64,000 nt of DNA from Glaucostegus cemiculus (lineage: Eukaryota): NCBI GenBank assembly GCA_976551045.1, contig CDPCPM010000019.1:6138001-6202000 (forward strand). The letters are read 5' to 3'. The number at the start of each line of letters is the position of its first letter. The stretch's first letter is position 1. The notes beneath the pieces are model-generated. The model made no database searches, had not been told where the DNA came from, and worked only from the letters and a program-made list of their open reading frames with translations. The translations under genes were made by a program, and so were the position numbers. This document shows positions 1-13,774 of the stretch, one piece after another.

Positions 1-464
1 ACGATCAATCAAACCAAAGAAACCCATTGTGTCAGTCAACCTGAGAGATGTCACAAGTCCACAGACTTTTTTTCTAAGCATTCAACATGTATTGAACATA
101 AGACTGTGAAGAATGAAGCCAATTTGTTTTTCATTGGACTTTCTGGAAAATTCAGCCAGCTCACTCACTTTACCTGTCATATAATTTTCAGCTAGCCGTC
201 ATGCTATTTATTTGTTTTATTTGTTTTGCTCATTCATCATTTTTGATTTTGGAGTTTTAGTACATATGATAGGGCCAACTGTAAATGAATCAATTGAAAA
301 CGTTTAGGGAGCCAACAGTCCTTGGTGTCCTCAAACCCTGATTAGATTGTATTACATCTATTCCACATTTTGCTACCCCGAACAAATGCTGGCATGGTTA
401 CAGTGGACTGAATATCTTTCTTCTGTGGTTGCTCAAGTAATGGAGCAGGCCTTGTTACCAGCAA

Positions 465-2150
465 TTCATAGAATTCTTTAGCGCAGAAGGAAGCAATTAC
501 TCCCACTGTAGCAATGCTGGCTCTCAGAGAGCTATCTGGTCGGTCCCATTCACCTGCATATCATTTTTTTTAAAAATTCCACTTCCCTTGTATAAGTTAT
601 AGGGATTCTAGTTTCACTGCTGTTTCGGGTTAGATATTCTATGTCCAGTTAGCCAGCGCCTACAATTTTTGGCTGTAAAACTAACCTTTCCCGTCATTCT
701 CTCGATATTAATTCACTATCCCAGCAAAACAGATTTCCTTTTGTCTCCTTATCAAGATCCATCACGAATTTGGAACATCTTTGTATCAAATCTTCTAATC
801 ATTTCTGTTCCATAAAAAAGACCTCCAGTTTCTCTGGTTTCATGACCTAACTAAAACTACTTATCTTCAGTTTTGAAGTTTGTGAATTCCTTCTGCATTT
901 TCTTTGTGGTCATAGCATCTGTTACACTTAAGACGATTGAGCTTTAAAATCTACAACAACATTTCACTGCAGTGTTCAGACCACTGCAGTAAGTGAGATG
1001 TCATCTTTTAGAGATGCAATTAAACCAAGAATGTAAAAATACTATGAAGGGAATATGAGTTCTCACCAGGTGCCTTGGTCAATATCTGTTCTCCAATTAA
1101 TATCACCAAAGCAGATTATTTTGTTTGTTGCTTGTGGTACCTGCAGTGTGCATTTTGGCTGCCACCAAATTATAATTCTTGTATACAATCTGGATTTTAA
1201 GTATTCAGGGCACAATATCTAAATTAATAAATGGCACAAGTACCGTGAGCATGTTTAATTTCCCACATTACAGCCTATTGAAGTCCATTTGCTGTTGTAA
1301 GTGCTTTGGAAAATCTCAAGAATATAGAACATGTGACATCAGTGCATTTGTGTCCTTCAAAGAAGGATTCCATAAATTAGATGTCATTTTCAAATTGCAT
1401 TTGGACCAGTAATGATCTCTTTACCTTTTATCCTTAATTCTTTTAACAAGAAACTCTAAGATGTTGTATGCTTTATAGCTTTGTTACTTTTCTCTTGCCA
1501 TTAATAACACATGCATCTAGCTTTGGTCTTTCCATGTTCTTCTAGTGCTTTGCCTTTCAGTGTGTATCTTCTTTGTTTATTCTTCCTATCATCTCACATT
1601 CTGGATGTTAATTCTAATCTGATGTCAGTTTGCCCAGTCTAGCAACCTAAGTAAATCCACCTGTAACCATTTACTTTCCTCTTCGCAGTCAGGCACGTTT
1701 CCTATTTTTCTGTAAGGTACTATCTTGGACTTCATATCTTCTGGATTTGCATATAGGGTACAAGTGAGAATAACAGGAAATACTACTGTTTATACATCCC
1801 TTGTGTGAAAACATTAATTGATCAGTGTGGCCACCTTTCCCTATCCAACTTCTCAGCAAAGCTACTACATTAGCTTTAATACCATTCAGCCTCATTTTAT
1901 CAACAAGCCTTCTGTGTCGTACTTTGGCTAAAACTTCTGATGAGAATCCATATTCTGCATTTCTCTCATCAGTTCACTTTATTATATTCTCAAAAAACTC
2001 TAAATTTGTTTGTCATCACTTGCTGTCAACAAATCTTATTTGTTTTTAAGTCATGCCTTTAAAAGTGAACAATTATTCTGCAAAATAGTCTCTAAAATAT
2101 AGCGCACCTAACATCAGTAGTGGTGTTTGGTTGCCCAATTTATAACTTAC
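465..2150 (-). mobile_element. Highly degraded CR1 LINE (3' end and RT remnants), apparently interrupted by a DeuSINE
   Basis: Reverse-strand CR1-type 3' end near 465-560. RT-like remnants at ~1560-2040 resemble the antisense of the CR1 at 2965-4330. Confidence 0.5.
960..1360 (+). mobile_element. DeuSINE (SacSINE1-like) remnant
   Basis: Deu-domain-like segment (caccaggtgccttggtcaatatc...gcagattatt...ttggctgcc). Resembles the reverse complement of 38945-39335. Confidence 0.6.
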
Positions 2151-2964
2151 TCCCAATTTAAACTGAAGCTTTTTAAATGTATTCTATATTTTGCATGTAG
2201 ATATAAAAAACATTTAACTGTATGTGGCTGGAGCAGGGTAAACATAGAATAAGTGTATTTTAGCCTGACCACCAATATCAGAAGTAACATTCTTAGGGGG
2301 ATTTTAATTGTAAATACTCAGCGATGGCATCTAAGTATTTTGTTTTAATCTCTTACCTCAGAAACTTACCTCTTACCTTTACAAAATTTGGACCAGAATG
2401 TGGTAGTTTTGTTCTGTGGTTCATAAATTTAACTTGAAACTGACCAGTTACTCTTCATTAAACATTCTTGTAAAGACAGAACAAGAGAACATCAGGTAAA
2501 TCTGGATTGAATTGGAACTTGGATAAATGATCTAATGAGAAATCCATATATAACAAAGGGTGGTGGATCTGTAGCTGTCAGAAAAAAAGTCATCTCCAGA
2601 GGACCTAGTTCTTGAAGACAGAAATTAGGGGAAATTATCACTTTTTCCATTCAGTGTGACAGGAGATGGAAGCCTTGTCGTATGCAGCCACACTTTGCGA
2701 CACTTATAAATTCCTTGGTACCAGAAACCAGTTTTAGCAGCTTCCTCGAATAGACCAGTACAATTGAGATGTAAGGTATGACAAAACAAAAATCATTCGA
2801 TAGTACTTTGTTATGAACTAGTATATTCCAAAATTGTTCTGTGTTAGGTGCCATGAGGTGCCTTGATTAAAGTGTCTGAGGCACAGTTGATACTTGGAGT
2901 TACAACACAAACAAACAGGAAGAAAGTAATCTTCTTTTCCATATATCCAGGGAATTATTTTACC

Positions 2965-4330
2965 AAATTTGTTCAAGAAGGAAAGTAGGAATAATCCTAG
3001 AAATTATAGACCAGTGAATCTCAGGTCAGTGGTAGGGAAGTTATTGGAGAGGATTCTTCAGAAAAGCATGGCCTAACTAAGAATGGGTCAGCATGGCTTT
3101 GTGCAAGGCTAACTTGATTGAGATTTTTGAGGAAGTGATGAAGGTGATTGATGAAGGTAAGGCAATGGATGTTGTCCACATGGATTTTAATAAGGAATTT
3201 GAGGTTCCTTATGGTGGGCTCATCCATAAAATTAAGATGCATGGGATCCATGGTGAAAAGGTCGTTTGGATTCAGAATTGGCTTGCCTATAGAAGACTGT
3301 GGGTAGTGGTCGATGGGACTTATTCTGGCTGGAGGTCTATGACTAGCGATGTTTCGCAGGGATCCTTACTAGGATCTCTGCTGTTTGTGATGTATATAAA
3401 TGACTTGGATGAAAACATGCATAGGTGGATTGGTAAGTTTGCAGATGATATAAAGATTGGTGGTGTTGTGGATAGTGTAGAAAATTGCCAAAGGATACAG
3501 GATGTGTGCAGAATTGGCAGATGTAATTTAATCTGGACAAGTGTGAGGTTTTGCACTTTCGGAGGTCAAATGTAACGGGAAAGTACACAGTTAACGGCAG
3601 GACCCTTAACAGCATTGCTGTACAGTTGGATCTTGGGGTCCAAGTCCATAACTCCCTGAAAGCGGCTGCACAGGTTGATAGGGTGGTAAAGAAGGCATAT
3701 GGTATGCTTGTCTTTATTAGGCAAGGCATTGAATTCAAAAGTCTGGAAGTTATGTTGCAGCTGTATAAAACTCTGGTTAGGCCACATCTGGAGTATTGCA
3801 TTCAATTCTGATCACCCCATTATAGGAAGGATGTGGAGGTTTTGGAAAGGGTGCAGAGGAAGTTTACCAGAATGCTGTCTGGATTAGAGGGCGTGTGCTA
3901 TATGGAGAGGGTGGACAAACTTGGGTTGTCTTCTCTGAAATGGTGAGACTGAGAGGAGATCTAAAATTATGAGAGGCATGGATAGAATAGACAGCAGGTA
4001 TATTTTTTTCCAGGGTTGAACTGTCTTATACCAGAGTGCATGCATTTAGGGTGAGTGAGGAGAAAATTCAAAGGAGATGTCTGGGGCAAGTTTTTTTGTA
4101 TAGAGAGTGGTGCATGTCTGGAATGCACTACCAGGGGAGTGGCACTGTGGTGGAGGGATAGAGGCATTTAAGAGACTCTTAGATAGGCACATGAATATGC
4201 AGAGAATAGAGGGATATGGACTTTATGCAGGCAGAAGGGATTAGTTTAACTAGATGGCATTATCTTAATGATCTTAGTACAACATCAAGGGCAGAAGGGC
4301 CTGTTCCTGTGCTGTACTGTTCTGTGTTCC
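2965..4330 (+). mobile_element. 5'-truncated CR1 LINE with frameshifted RT pseudo-ORF and 3' tail
   Basis: Translations include FKK...NYRPV, SQGSLLGSLLFVMYINDL, FADDIKIGG and LYKTLVRPHLEYC across shifted frames. It ends in gaagggcctgttcctgtgctgtactgttctgtgttc. Confidence 0.95.
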
Positions 4331-5114
4331 TCACTGGGAAACCACATGATGAAAACAGCATCCCCTTCTGTCTGTTTGATTCAGTTCCCACAGCTTTGAT
4401 TCAGTGCAGTACTGGTGTGGCTTGGCAAAATCTGATGCATAATGTGAGGAATATATACACTAACAAATATTGAATTGGAATCTGACTAGTCCTATTGTAT
4501 TAGTAATTCAATACCTTACAGTGGACATGCAATTATATTTTGAATGCCCAAATAATGTCACTTATCTGCATAATAATTGTAATTTCATTACATTTTCTAA
4601 TATAGGTCCATATTGCATGGGTCATCCATCCCAACTTTGAACACTATGTTGCACTCACAGTGCAAGGAGAGATAATTACACAGAGCACCAGATAGCAAAA
4701 ATTCAAAATACCATAAACATCTGCTTCCATGCTGACTCTTGGGTTAATTGAGTTTAGATATTCAGAAAAGTTTTAGCTTATTAGAGTTATAGGACTTAGC
4801 AGTTTGGCTGTTATTACTTTTGTCTATGAATAATACAGTTTGATCACTTCAGCTTCCACTACCAGTTGTGGACTGTATAATAGATGTAAGGAAATGACTG
4901 TTTTAACCATTTCAGTTAAAGAATGATCAAAACTTTGGAACAGTTTTTTCTAGACTAGACTATGTCCTTCTTTCTATTTCTTGACTAATGTTACAGTACC
5001 TTGAAGATGTATTTTTTTGCATAGTGATTGTAGGGATCTGAGTAGACTTTGCATCTCCTATTTTCCAGTTAAGTCTCAGGAAGTAAGCAATATCTAGATC
5101 TGCAGTGGAAATGC

Positions 5115-5225
5115 TGAGATATGGTAGAATGGTGATTATTTTATTGGACTAGATATGCAGTTGGATACACAAATAATCCAGGAAATTATTTGTTCAGTTC
5201 CCACAACAGCAGTTGGAGAATTTCA
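5115..5225 (+). mobile_element. 5' (tRNA-like) fragment of a SINE related to 8090-8345
   Basis: tggtagaatggt...ggactag...gttcagttcccac (A/B-box-like). Resembles the reverse complement of 8250-8345. Confidence 0.4.
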
Positions 5226-5724
5226 TGTGGATTTTGGGCAGCACAGCCATGCTTTCATTGTAATTTTTGTTGTAACTTTCACATTTCCTCTGACCTTCTT
5301 CCCAATAGCAGGGAAGGTATGCAATTAGTAAATTGAAGTCGCTAAGGATACTTTAAAACTATACAGTTCCTTCTGTTTTGCCATTGAATCTAACTCTGCA
5401 TGTGCAAAAGCCAACAGCCTTTCTATTGAAAACTTTTCCACAGACTAAATATGCCCATAATTATGTTTCCAGAAGTGGGAGTCTTTACCACAAACCACTC
5501 CTTTGGCTATTTGCACTTATATTTTTTTACATTTAATAACTATAAATTGTTGGCTATAGTAGACTGTGCTCCTAGGATAGGAAACCTGAAACCAACTTAA
5601 AGCAAGGAGTTGAAGACATGCTTAGTGAGAATTGGGTGAGAAAGGGTTAATATCACAGCAAAACATCTGATTCTTGATCTTTACCTTGGCGATAGTTGAG
5701 CAGATGTATTCCCATGTAGTGGAC

Positions 5725-5815
5725 AAAAACAAAAATGATGGAATTCTCTGCAATTCAGGCAGGATCCATGGAGAGGGAAACAGTTGATGCTTCTGGTTGA
5801 TGACTTTCATTAGAA
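5725..5815. mobile_element. Penelope-like terminal repeat remnant
   Basis: caggcaggatccatggagagggaaacagttgatg resembles the 56466-56590 unit. Confidence 0.55.
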
Positions 5816-6631
5816 TGCTGATGATACTAATGTGATTTATGGTCACAGATTTTGCAACTTTCAGATAAAACATTGGCCTGTCTGAGGAAAATCTTTTTAT
5901 CTAGTATTTCTGATTATTTTAATTTGGAAAAGCATTCAAAGATGCTCCTGTCATTTTTAAGCAGGGATTAGCTAGTTATGATCTGTAATGTTTTTTCATT
6001 AAAGGTGTTCGGGGATGTGCAGTCACATGGTTTTTAAAATGATTTGAAACTTTAGTATTATTTGAAATAAACTAATTCAGTGTGAGCTGTAGGTTTTTCT
6101 GCCTTTTTTAACTGCTGATATTTATAAATGTGGTTTATACAAATAAGCTCTCTGTTAAGTGGTTGTTGGTATTAATGCCTGTTGATATTTTCATACTCTA
6201 TTTGTATCTTTGCAACCCAAGTTTCAGATTGTATACTGCTGACATATCTGGAGTTGCTGCCCTAGTGACTCTGTGCTCTTGGATAAGGTATAAAATTAAA
6301 CCTGTCATCTGATGTATCATTCTGCCTTGACCTTGAGACCTTAATTTGTCTGTCAAATGATGCAACTGTCTTCATTTGGTGGAGTGTATAGCTTGAGAAC
6401 TGGGCCCAATTAGTCAGTCTGTGCTGCTGTTTATACTTTAACTCAAAATTCCTTGTTTCCTATTGCATCTTCTTTATCTCCAAAACTAATTTCATATTCT
6501 CTCCTGCCTCTGGTAAAAACATGATTGAATTGTCTTATTTTCAACTTAGTCCCTAACACCCTATCTGTTCATCTCCCTCATTCTTCCCTTTCACAAGCTT
6601 CAAGATTTTTCCCAATAACTTGTTACTGCAT

Positions 6632-6845
6632 GGACTCTTGACATCACAATCAACTTCACTGTGACCTTGCACTTTATTGTCTATCTGCACTGCACTTTCT
6701 CTGTAGCTGTTAAACTTCATTCTGCATTCTGTTATTTTACCTTGTACTACCTCAATGCACTGTTGTAATGAATTTATCTGGATGAATGGTATGCAAGACA
6801 AGCTTTTCACCTCAGTACATGTGACAATAATAATAAACCAACCAA
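6632..6845 (+). mobile_element. 3' UTR fragment of a Rex1/Babar LINE
   Basis: Clearly similar to the reverse complement of 16880-17090. Ends in gtacatgtgacaataataataaacc. Confidence 0.85.
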
Positions 6846-7234
6846 GCATTTCTTATCTCCTCTTGGTTACTATCTTGCTGGTATTCTCAGCCTTGGTCAC
6901 TGATATTTGACTAAAATCCTTCTTTCTTAATAAAAGTACAGCCACCTAAGTTCTGACTAACCACTCTCATCCATTTCCTCCTTCGCAATGTTAGTCAAAC
7001 TCTTGAGTAACTCCTGTATTAAAATTAAATGACAATCATTTCCTTCCGTAGGCAAAGTCCATGTTATATCATGTACATTCTAAATGACTTCATGATCTTT
7101 AAATCTCTCAGGTATTGCAGGATTAAAGAGAGTGATATCTGACAATATCCATGTGGAAACTCTCATCTTATAATTTCTATAAAATCAGTTTTTTTCTTTT
7201 ATTATGATATAGATAAAAACAGAAATGCAGACTT

Positions 7235-8050
7235 TTTGTGTAGCGTTCTTTAACAAGGTATGGGCATTGCTGGCAGAGTTAGCAATTATTGTCCATTCGT
7301 AATTGTCCTTGAACATGCTGATGAGCCACCATCTTGAGTTTCTGGAGTTTATCCAGTGGATGTACTCCCAGTGGTCCACAGCATCTTGTGACGATATGCT
7401 TTTGAGTGTTTGAATCTGGTCTGAATTTGTCATAAAAGTGAATTTGAGGCTTGTGCCCTCAAGTGCTAGGCTATGATCTCTCCTGCACACACTGCCATGA
7501 ACAGATGTAACTGGAACTAGTCAATTACTCAAGGTAGGGTTTTCCCCACTTGTTGGATCTCATACCATCAGCTGAAAACTCAGGCCAGCTGTTATAATCC
7601 TTCACAATTATGCCAGCTACATCAGTGGTTGAAGCCCCCACCTAGGGTCATGATGTATTGATGCTCTAGTGCTTTTCCCAAGTGGTGCGTATTGTGGAGT
7701 AGGTAAGCTTACATCACTACCAATATCAATACCCAATACCAGCCCCCCCATGGAAAGATTTTTGTTTTGATTATTTGCTCAGTGTTGAGAACTCAAAGGG
7801 CCACTCCCTCTCAAGAAACTACTATCAATTTTGTTGCATCTAACCTGCTGCTGGGACAAGATATACCCAAGAATAGTGATAGCCAAGTCTGGAACTGAAA
7901 GATATGATTCCAAGGATATGACTTTTTCTGTCAGACAGCTCTCCCAACTGAGTACAAGTATAACTTTTGTAAGGAGCATTTGTGAGTGCTGGGTGTGCCA
8001 AAACCCAATCCTTTGGTTGATGGCACATACCATATCTGATTTTAATTTTG
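7235..8050 (-). mobile_element. Internally deleted CR1/L2-group LINE (APE endonuclease remnant and 3' end)
   Basis: The minus-strand ORF contains VISLESYL...ITILGYILSQQQVR (APE-like). The 3' end near 7250 is shared with 48185-48240 and 55265-55320. Confidence 0.6.
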
Positions 8051-8089
8051 TTAAGTTTTGATTTAGCATTTGATACAACTGTTTGAGCT

Positions 8090-8345
8090 TTTGAGCACGA
8101 GTTTTCAGCTTGGCGTCCTATGTAGTCCAGATCAGGGAAGGGCAATATACATTCTTAGTGAACTGAAATAGCAGTTTGATGGTTACCAATACTGTTAATA
8201 TCTTTCAGTTCTAGATTTTTTTTAAAAAATTTGAATAACTGAATTTAAATACCCCAGCTGCCCCAATGGGATTTGAAGTGGTGTCTCTGGATCATTACTG
8301 CAATCTTCTGAATTACCAAGGTAGAAACTACCATTATGCTACTCA
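8090..8345 (-). mobile_element. tRNA-derived SINE remnant
   Basis: Antisense B-box-like gggatttgaa and head ...ctaccattatgctac. Similar to 55265-55560. Confidence 0.55.
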
Positions 8346-9234
8346 TTCATATGCTGATAAGAGAACCTCTTCCACAAGCATTGATATCGTGATTGACAGC
8401 ACTTTAGCAACTGAAAATACAGTTAACGCTTCGCACAGGACATCCAAGCTACACTTTGTCCAAAAGTTTGGTAACTGATCCCATAGCCCAAGTGGTTCAG
8501 TTATGCTTTCTTATGTTCCTTACTCACCATTTGCCTCAAAAGAATTTAATTATTACTTAACACTGAAGACATAGTGATGATAAAATCTATATTAGAAGAG
8601 TGAGATCTGTTGATACCAACAGCTGAGATATTAATGGGAACATGGATTTAAACTTTGACTGGGACATGGGAGGCTCATAAAATAGCTGTAATAAAATAAC
8701 TGTATAAAAAAACCAACATGACCAAATGCTTGGGGTGTCATAGTGAGAAGTAGTTATTTGCATAGTATCAAAATCCACATGAATAGTGACTAATTTCAAA
8801 TGACTTGCATTGCATTCCTCTTTGATAGACTAAGAAGATAGTTCTTCAGCCTTCTCAATTTTTGTCTTCCTCCTGGGTTTGATTGGGAAATTTAAACTTT
8901 TCCACTGTAACAGAAATGTCACCATCTATCATGTAACTAGTAATCAAATGGCTGCTTAATGTTTACGAGCTTAACAAAGAAAAACTGCTTGGCCCATGGT
9001 TTTTCCACAAGTCATTTGTTCTGTTTCATGAACCCAATTAATCTTAGGAAGATTCTGCAAAGTGTCCTCCCAATCTTCAGTGGGAAGTTGAGGAAAACCT
9101 CAGGATGTCTTTCAATTCATACATCCTACTTTATAAATTCTCCAACTACTATTTTCCTTGGCATAATGTTCTGGAACTATTATACAAGCTATTCATTTAT
9201 TGCTGGAAGTCTAGAGTGTGTGTGTACATATATA

Positions 9235-9954
9235 TGTATGCCTCCTGTTTTCATAATAAACTCATTGTGCCCTGTGATCTACTATTTTATATATATTTAT
9301 ATATATGCGCAGATGATCTGCACATATGTGCGGTAAGAAACAAGTAACAGATATCTTGCTTTTTGTACCCAATGTTCAAGATTTGGGTAATAGAATAAGT
9401 AGACACAGCTATGAATGATTCATTTGGTTTATTAAGGATCATGCAATTATTGGATGTCAAAGTTCAGCAAAAAGCTGGAAAACAATGAACAGTCCCTATA
9501 TGTTCCTGCCATAGTTAATACACTTTATTTAAAATTTAATTGAGCTGCACTTAATCACCCAATAATTTTGAATCCCTTCAGAACCTTTGTCCTTATTCAC
9601 TTCCTCTCAATGGGAGCATACCTATTTAGATGCTTGCTAGAGAGAGTGTTTCTTCTAATACCAGTCTTGTTTATGGATGCTCATTCTTGAAAGTTCAAAA
9701 GAAAAACAATGTGACTTACAGCATTTTATTTCTTTTTGTTCCGGTAAGGAATATTAATCCAAATCTATCATGTCTTCCTCATCAAAGTTACCTTTCTCAG
9801 ATCAATTATATGACTTCATTATTTCCAATGACTGAGAATATATTGTAGGGACAAAATATAATTTAAATACTTTTTGATATATATTGCAGAAATGGAATGA
9901 TTTGTATGCCTCTTGTTTTCATAATAAACTCATTGTGCCCTGTGATCTACTATT
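9235..9954 (+). repeat. 52-bp dispersed direct repeat (9235-9286 and 9903-9954), one mismatch
   Basis: tgtatgcctc(c/t)tgttttcataataaactcattgtgccctgtgatctactatt is present twice. Confidence 0.95.
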
Positions 9955-10305
9955 ATATAGCTCTCCATGCATGTTTCTCCTGCGGTCCTAATCCATTCTA
10001 TTTGTCTTGTTCATTGAACTGCAGTGTGCAGGTGACCCTTGTGCATGTGTATAATTGAAAGTCAAACTACAAGTCATTGTTAATTCCTTCATCAAAGCAG
10101 AAAGAGCATTGCATTAAAAATCGCCACCACCAATTCCAACTGAGGAAGGGCTGTTTAAAGACCAAAACCTCAAGTTAACTAAGCAGCAGTGATCCCTGTC
10201 CTCCTCAATGTTTAAGAAATAGGGACAATTCCCACCCTCTGTCCATTTCTTTTCCTGAGACTGATTGAATTATATACTTATCCAGTTCCATTTTGAATAC
10301 TACAG

Positions 10306-10824
10306 AATCGGAATAGTGTTGATTATCACTGACATATGTCGTGAAATTAGTGTTTTGTGGCAGCAGGACACTGCAAGGCTTAAAGATTACTTTAGGTTAT
10401 AAAAATAAATAAACTGTGAAAAAGAGGAATAACGAGGTAGTGTTCATGGGTTTCATGGACAGTTCAGAAATCTAATGGCAGAGAGGAAGAAGCTGTTCCT
10501 GAAATATTGGGTGTGGGTCTTCATGCTCTTGTACCTCCTCCCCGATGGTAATATTGTGAAGAGGGCATGTCCTAGATGGTGACAGTCCTTGATGATGGAT
10601 GCCGTCTTCTTGATACACTGCCTTTTGAAGATGTCCTCAATATAGGGAGGGTTGTGCCCATGATGGATCTGGCTGAGTCTACAACCCCCTGCAGCCTCTT
10701 TCGATCCTGCTCATTGGAGCCTCCATACCAGGTGATGATGCAACCGGTCAGAATGCTCTCCACTGTACATCTGTAGAAACTTGCAAGAGATTCTACCAAT
10801 AACAGTGGTGTCATCGGTTACAAA
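10306..10824 (-). mobile_element. Rex1/Babar LINE fragment with an internal deletion
   Basis: FYRCTVESILTGCIITWYG...RKRLQGVV is a typical Rex1 C-terminus. The TDDTTVIGRI RT-motif remnant at ~10790-10819 is fused directly to it. Confidence 0.9.
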
Positions 10825-12527
10825 TGAATCTGCCTCCTCAGGTCATTTTGGTTCTTTTGCCAATCACCCACATATCTCGTTCCCCAACTTCTCAACCCCT
10901 CCTCTAGTGGAACAGTTTTACTCTATCTACTCCCTCCATACCCTTCATGATTTTAATCACTATCAGATTTCCACACAACCTCTGTTTCAAGGAGGACAAC
11001 CCCAGCTTCTCCTGTCTCTCTACAGGACTAAAGATCCTCATTCCTGGAATGATATTGAAGAATCTCTTCTGCACTCTCTCCAAGGTCTTTACATTTTTAT
11101 GGTGCAGTATCCAGAATTGGGCATGATTCTCCTGTTTTAGCCAAAACAATGTTTCATCATGGCTTCCTTGCTCTTGTACTCTGCCTTTATTTATAATTCC
11201 AAGACCCTGACAGCTTTTTTAATCACTTTTTGAACCTGTCTTGCCACCTTCAATCAAATTTGCACATCTTTCCTGGATCTCTTTATTCCTGAAGTCCTTT
11301 TAAAGTTATATCCTCCAGTTTACATTGTCGCTTATTCTTCCTACTGGAATAGAACACTTTACATCTCACCATTAAATTTCATCTGCCATGTACCAATCCA
11401 TTCCTCAACCCAGGTATAAAGACGTATCCTTGAAATTCATTAGTATTCTCCTCACAATTCACTATGCCTCCAAGTTTTGTGTCATCTGCAAATTTAGTTA
11501 TTTATGATTTGCCTATAACAAACCTATGCACAATTTCTAAAATCAATGCACTCTTGCTTGATTCTAAACTTGATTATTATTTCTCAAACTTTTCCCACCA
11601 TCAAGGTTAAACTGACTGGTATTTAGTTACTGGGTTATCCCTACACCCTTTTTTGAACCAGGGTGCACCATGTGCACTTGTCTAGCCTTTAGGAACCACC
11701 TCAGATCTATAGATGTTTGGAAGCTTATGGACAGGGCCTCTGCAATTTCCTACCTTCCTTTTCCGAACAACCTAAGATGCATTCAATCAAGACTGGATGA
11801 TTTATCCACTTCAAGTGCTGCAATCTATTCTCATACCTCCTCATTATCAATCTTCAGCCTATCCAGAATCTCAACTACATCATCATTTGCCAAAACTGTA
11901 GCAGCACTCTCTTCATTGATGAAAATTGATGTTAAATACTCATTTAGTACATCAGATATACCCTCTGTCTCCATGAGGTTTTCTTTTTGTTCTCTGATCA
12001 GCCCCATTCCGCATAGTTGCTCACATGAATAGAATATTTTTGGATTCCCTTTTAAGTTTACTGCAAGATTTTTTGACACTATCTCTTTGCCTCTTTTATT
12101 TCCTTTTTTATTTACTCTCTGAACTTTCTGAAAACAGCCTGCTTCTCACTTACGTTAACAATCTGGCATCTGTCATATGCTCTTTTTTTTACTTTCTCTG
12201 TTTTTGGTCATCTTTGGAACTCTGACTTCAGTATGTTACACCCTTCTTTCTCATGAAAATGCACCTAAAATGTAGCTGAAACCTCTTTACCATTGTCATC
12301 AGAGCTTTGAATCCAGTTTACCTGGGCCAAAGTGTTCTCACTCCATTGAAATCAGTCTTCACTTGACAGTTTTTACCTCTTAGTGGATTATATAATTTTC
12401 CATTGCTATTCTAAACTATTATGATAACTTCTCTGGCTTTTCCCTCATTGATACTTCCCCCAATTGACCAAGCTCATTTGTCAGAGCCAAGTCCAGCAAT
12501 TCCCCCCTTAGTTATTGGGCCAGAAAC

Positions 12528-12767
12528 ATAGTGTAGCAGTTAGCGCAACGCTATTACAGCGCCAACGATCTGGGTTTGATTCCCGTCGCTGTCTGTAAGG
12601 AGTTTGTACGTTCTCTCGTGTCTGCATGGGTTTCCTCCGGGTGCTCCGGTTTCCTCCCACATTCTGAAAGACGTATGGGTAGGTTAATTTGGGGGTTTAA
12701 AATGGGCGACGTGGACTCAGATGGCCGAAAGGGCCTGTTTCCACGCTGTAAATAAATAAATAAATAA
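12528..12767 (+). mobile_element. V-SINE (HE1-like) with CR1-derived tail
   Basis: tRNA-like head, V core gggtttcctccgggtgctccggtttcctcccaca, tail aagggcctgtt and (aaat)n. Retained CpGs suggest it is young. Confidence 0.9.
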
Positions 12768-13033
12768 CATTACAGAAAGTCTTTCCCCTTTTTGCCCCTT
12801 ATTTTATACTATTCCAGTCTATAGTTGGATGGTTGAAGTCCCCTGTTATCACTGCTCAATAACATTAGCACATCACTGCATTTCCCTGCAAATGTCCTCC
12901 TCCTCCTTCCCACGAGTCGACAGCCTACATAATACTCCCATTTATACAACTATATCTGTTCTGTTTCTTAATTCTAAACTGAGAGATTCTACCTTTGATC
13001 ATTCTGCAGGGCATCCTTTCTCTCCAGAATGCT

Positions 13034-13432
13034 AGGTTGAGCAAGCTGTGGCTTTTCTCTTTGGAGCGAAGGAGGATGAGAAGTGTGCAAGATGATAAGA
13101 GGCATAGATCAAGTGGGCAGTCAGAATCTTTTTCCCAGAGTGAAAATGGCTAACACAAGGGGGTATATTTTAAGGTGATTGGAGGAAGGTATAGGGGAGA
13201 TTCAGAGGTAAGTTTTTTACACAGAGAAGGGTGGGTGCATGGAACGCACTACCGGCAGAGGTGGTGGAGGTAGATACATTAGGGATAACTTAAGAGACTC
13301 TTAGATAGCCAAACGAATGATAGAAAAATGAAGGGGCTATGTGGGAGGGAAGGGTTAGATAGATCTCAGAGCAAGATAAAATGTTGGCACAATATCGTGG
13401 GCCAAAGTGTTGTGCTGTAGAGTTCTGTGTTC
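13034..13432 (+). mobile_element. CR1 3'-end fragment
   Basis: Similar to 3900-4330 (aagagactcttagatag). Ends in gtgctgtagagttctgtgttct. Confidence 0.85.
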
Positions 13433-13774
13433 TAACTGCAGTTTTCTACTTAATTAATAATACTAGTCATTCTCTTCCCTTCTGTGCCTTTCCTGAATAC
13501 CTTGAATTCAAATATAAAGAATTTATTCCTATCCTTTAGTTCAGCCTAGTCTCTGTTATTGCCACAGTTTAGTATTTCTATTTGGTGATGTGTATATGTA
13601 CTTCAATAATGTTCTTTAAATATTCCTCAAGCACTGCAAGAGTATCTTGGACTTTTCTATACTCTCTTAGTCAAGTTCTTTCTAAATACTTACCATTTAT
13701 TTGTTTTGGTGCTTTATTTCTTCCAATCCTTTTTGCATCGTCTTTCTCATTTTCCTGAGCCTAAACCCTACTTG

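Noticed and set aside
3093-3811. Reverse-transcriptase ORFs as a novel RT system
   Set aside because: Ordinary frameshifted CR1 LINE debris.
12528-12600. tRNA genes at SINE heads
   Set aside because: The tRNA-like heads run into V or Deu cores and LINE tails, so they are SINEs rather than tRNA genes.
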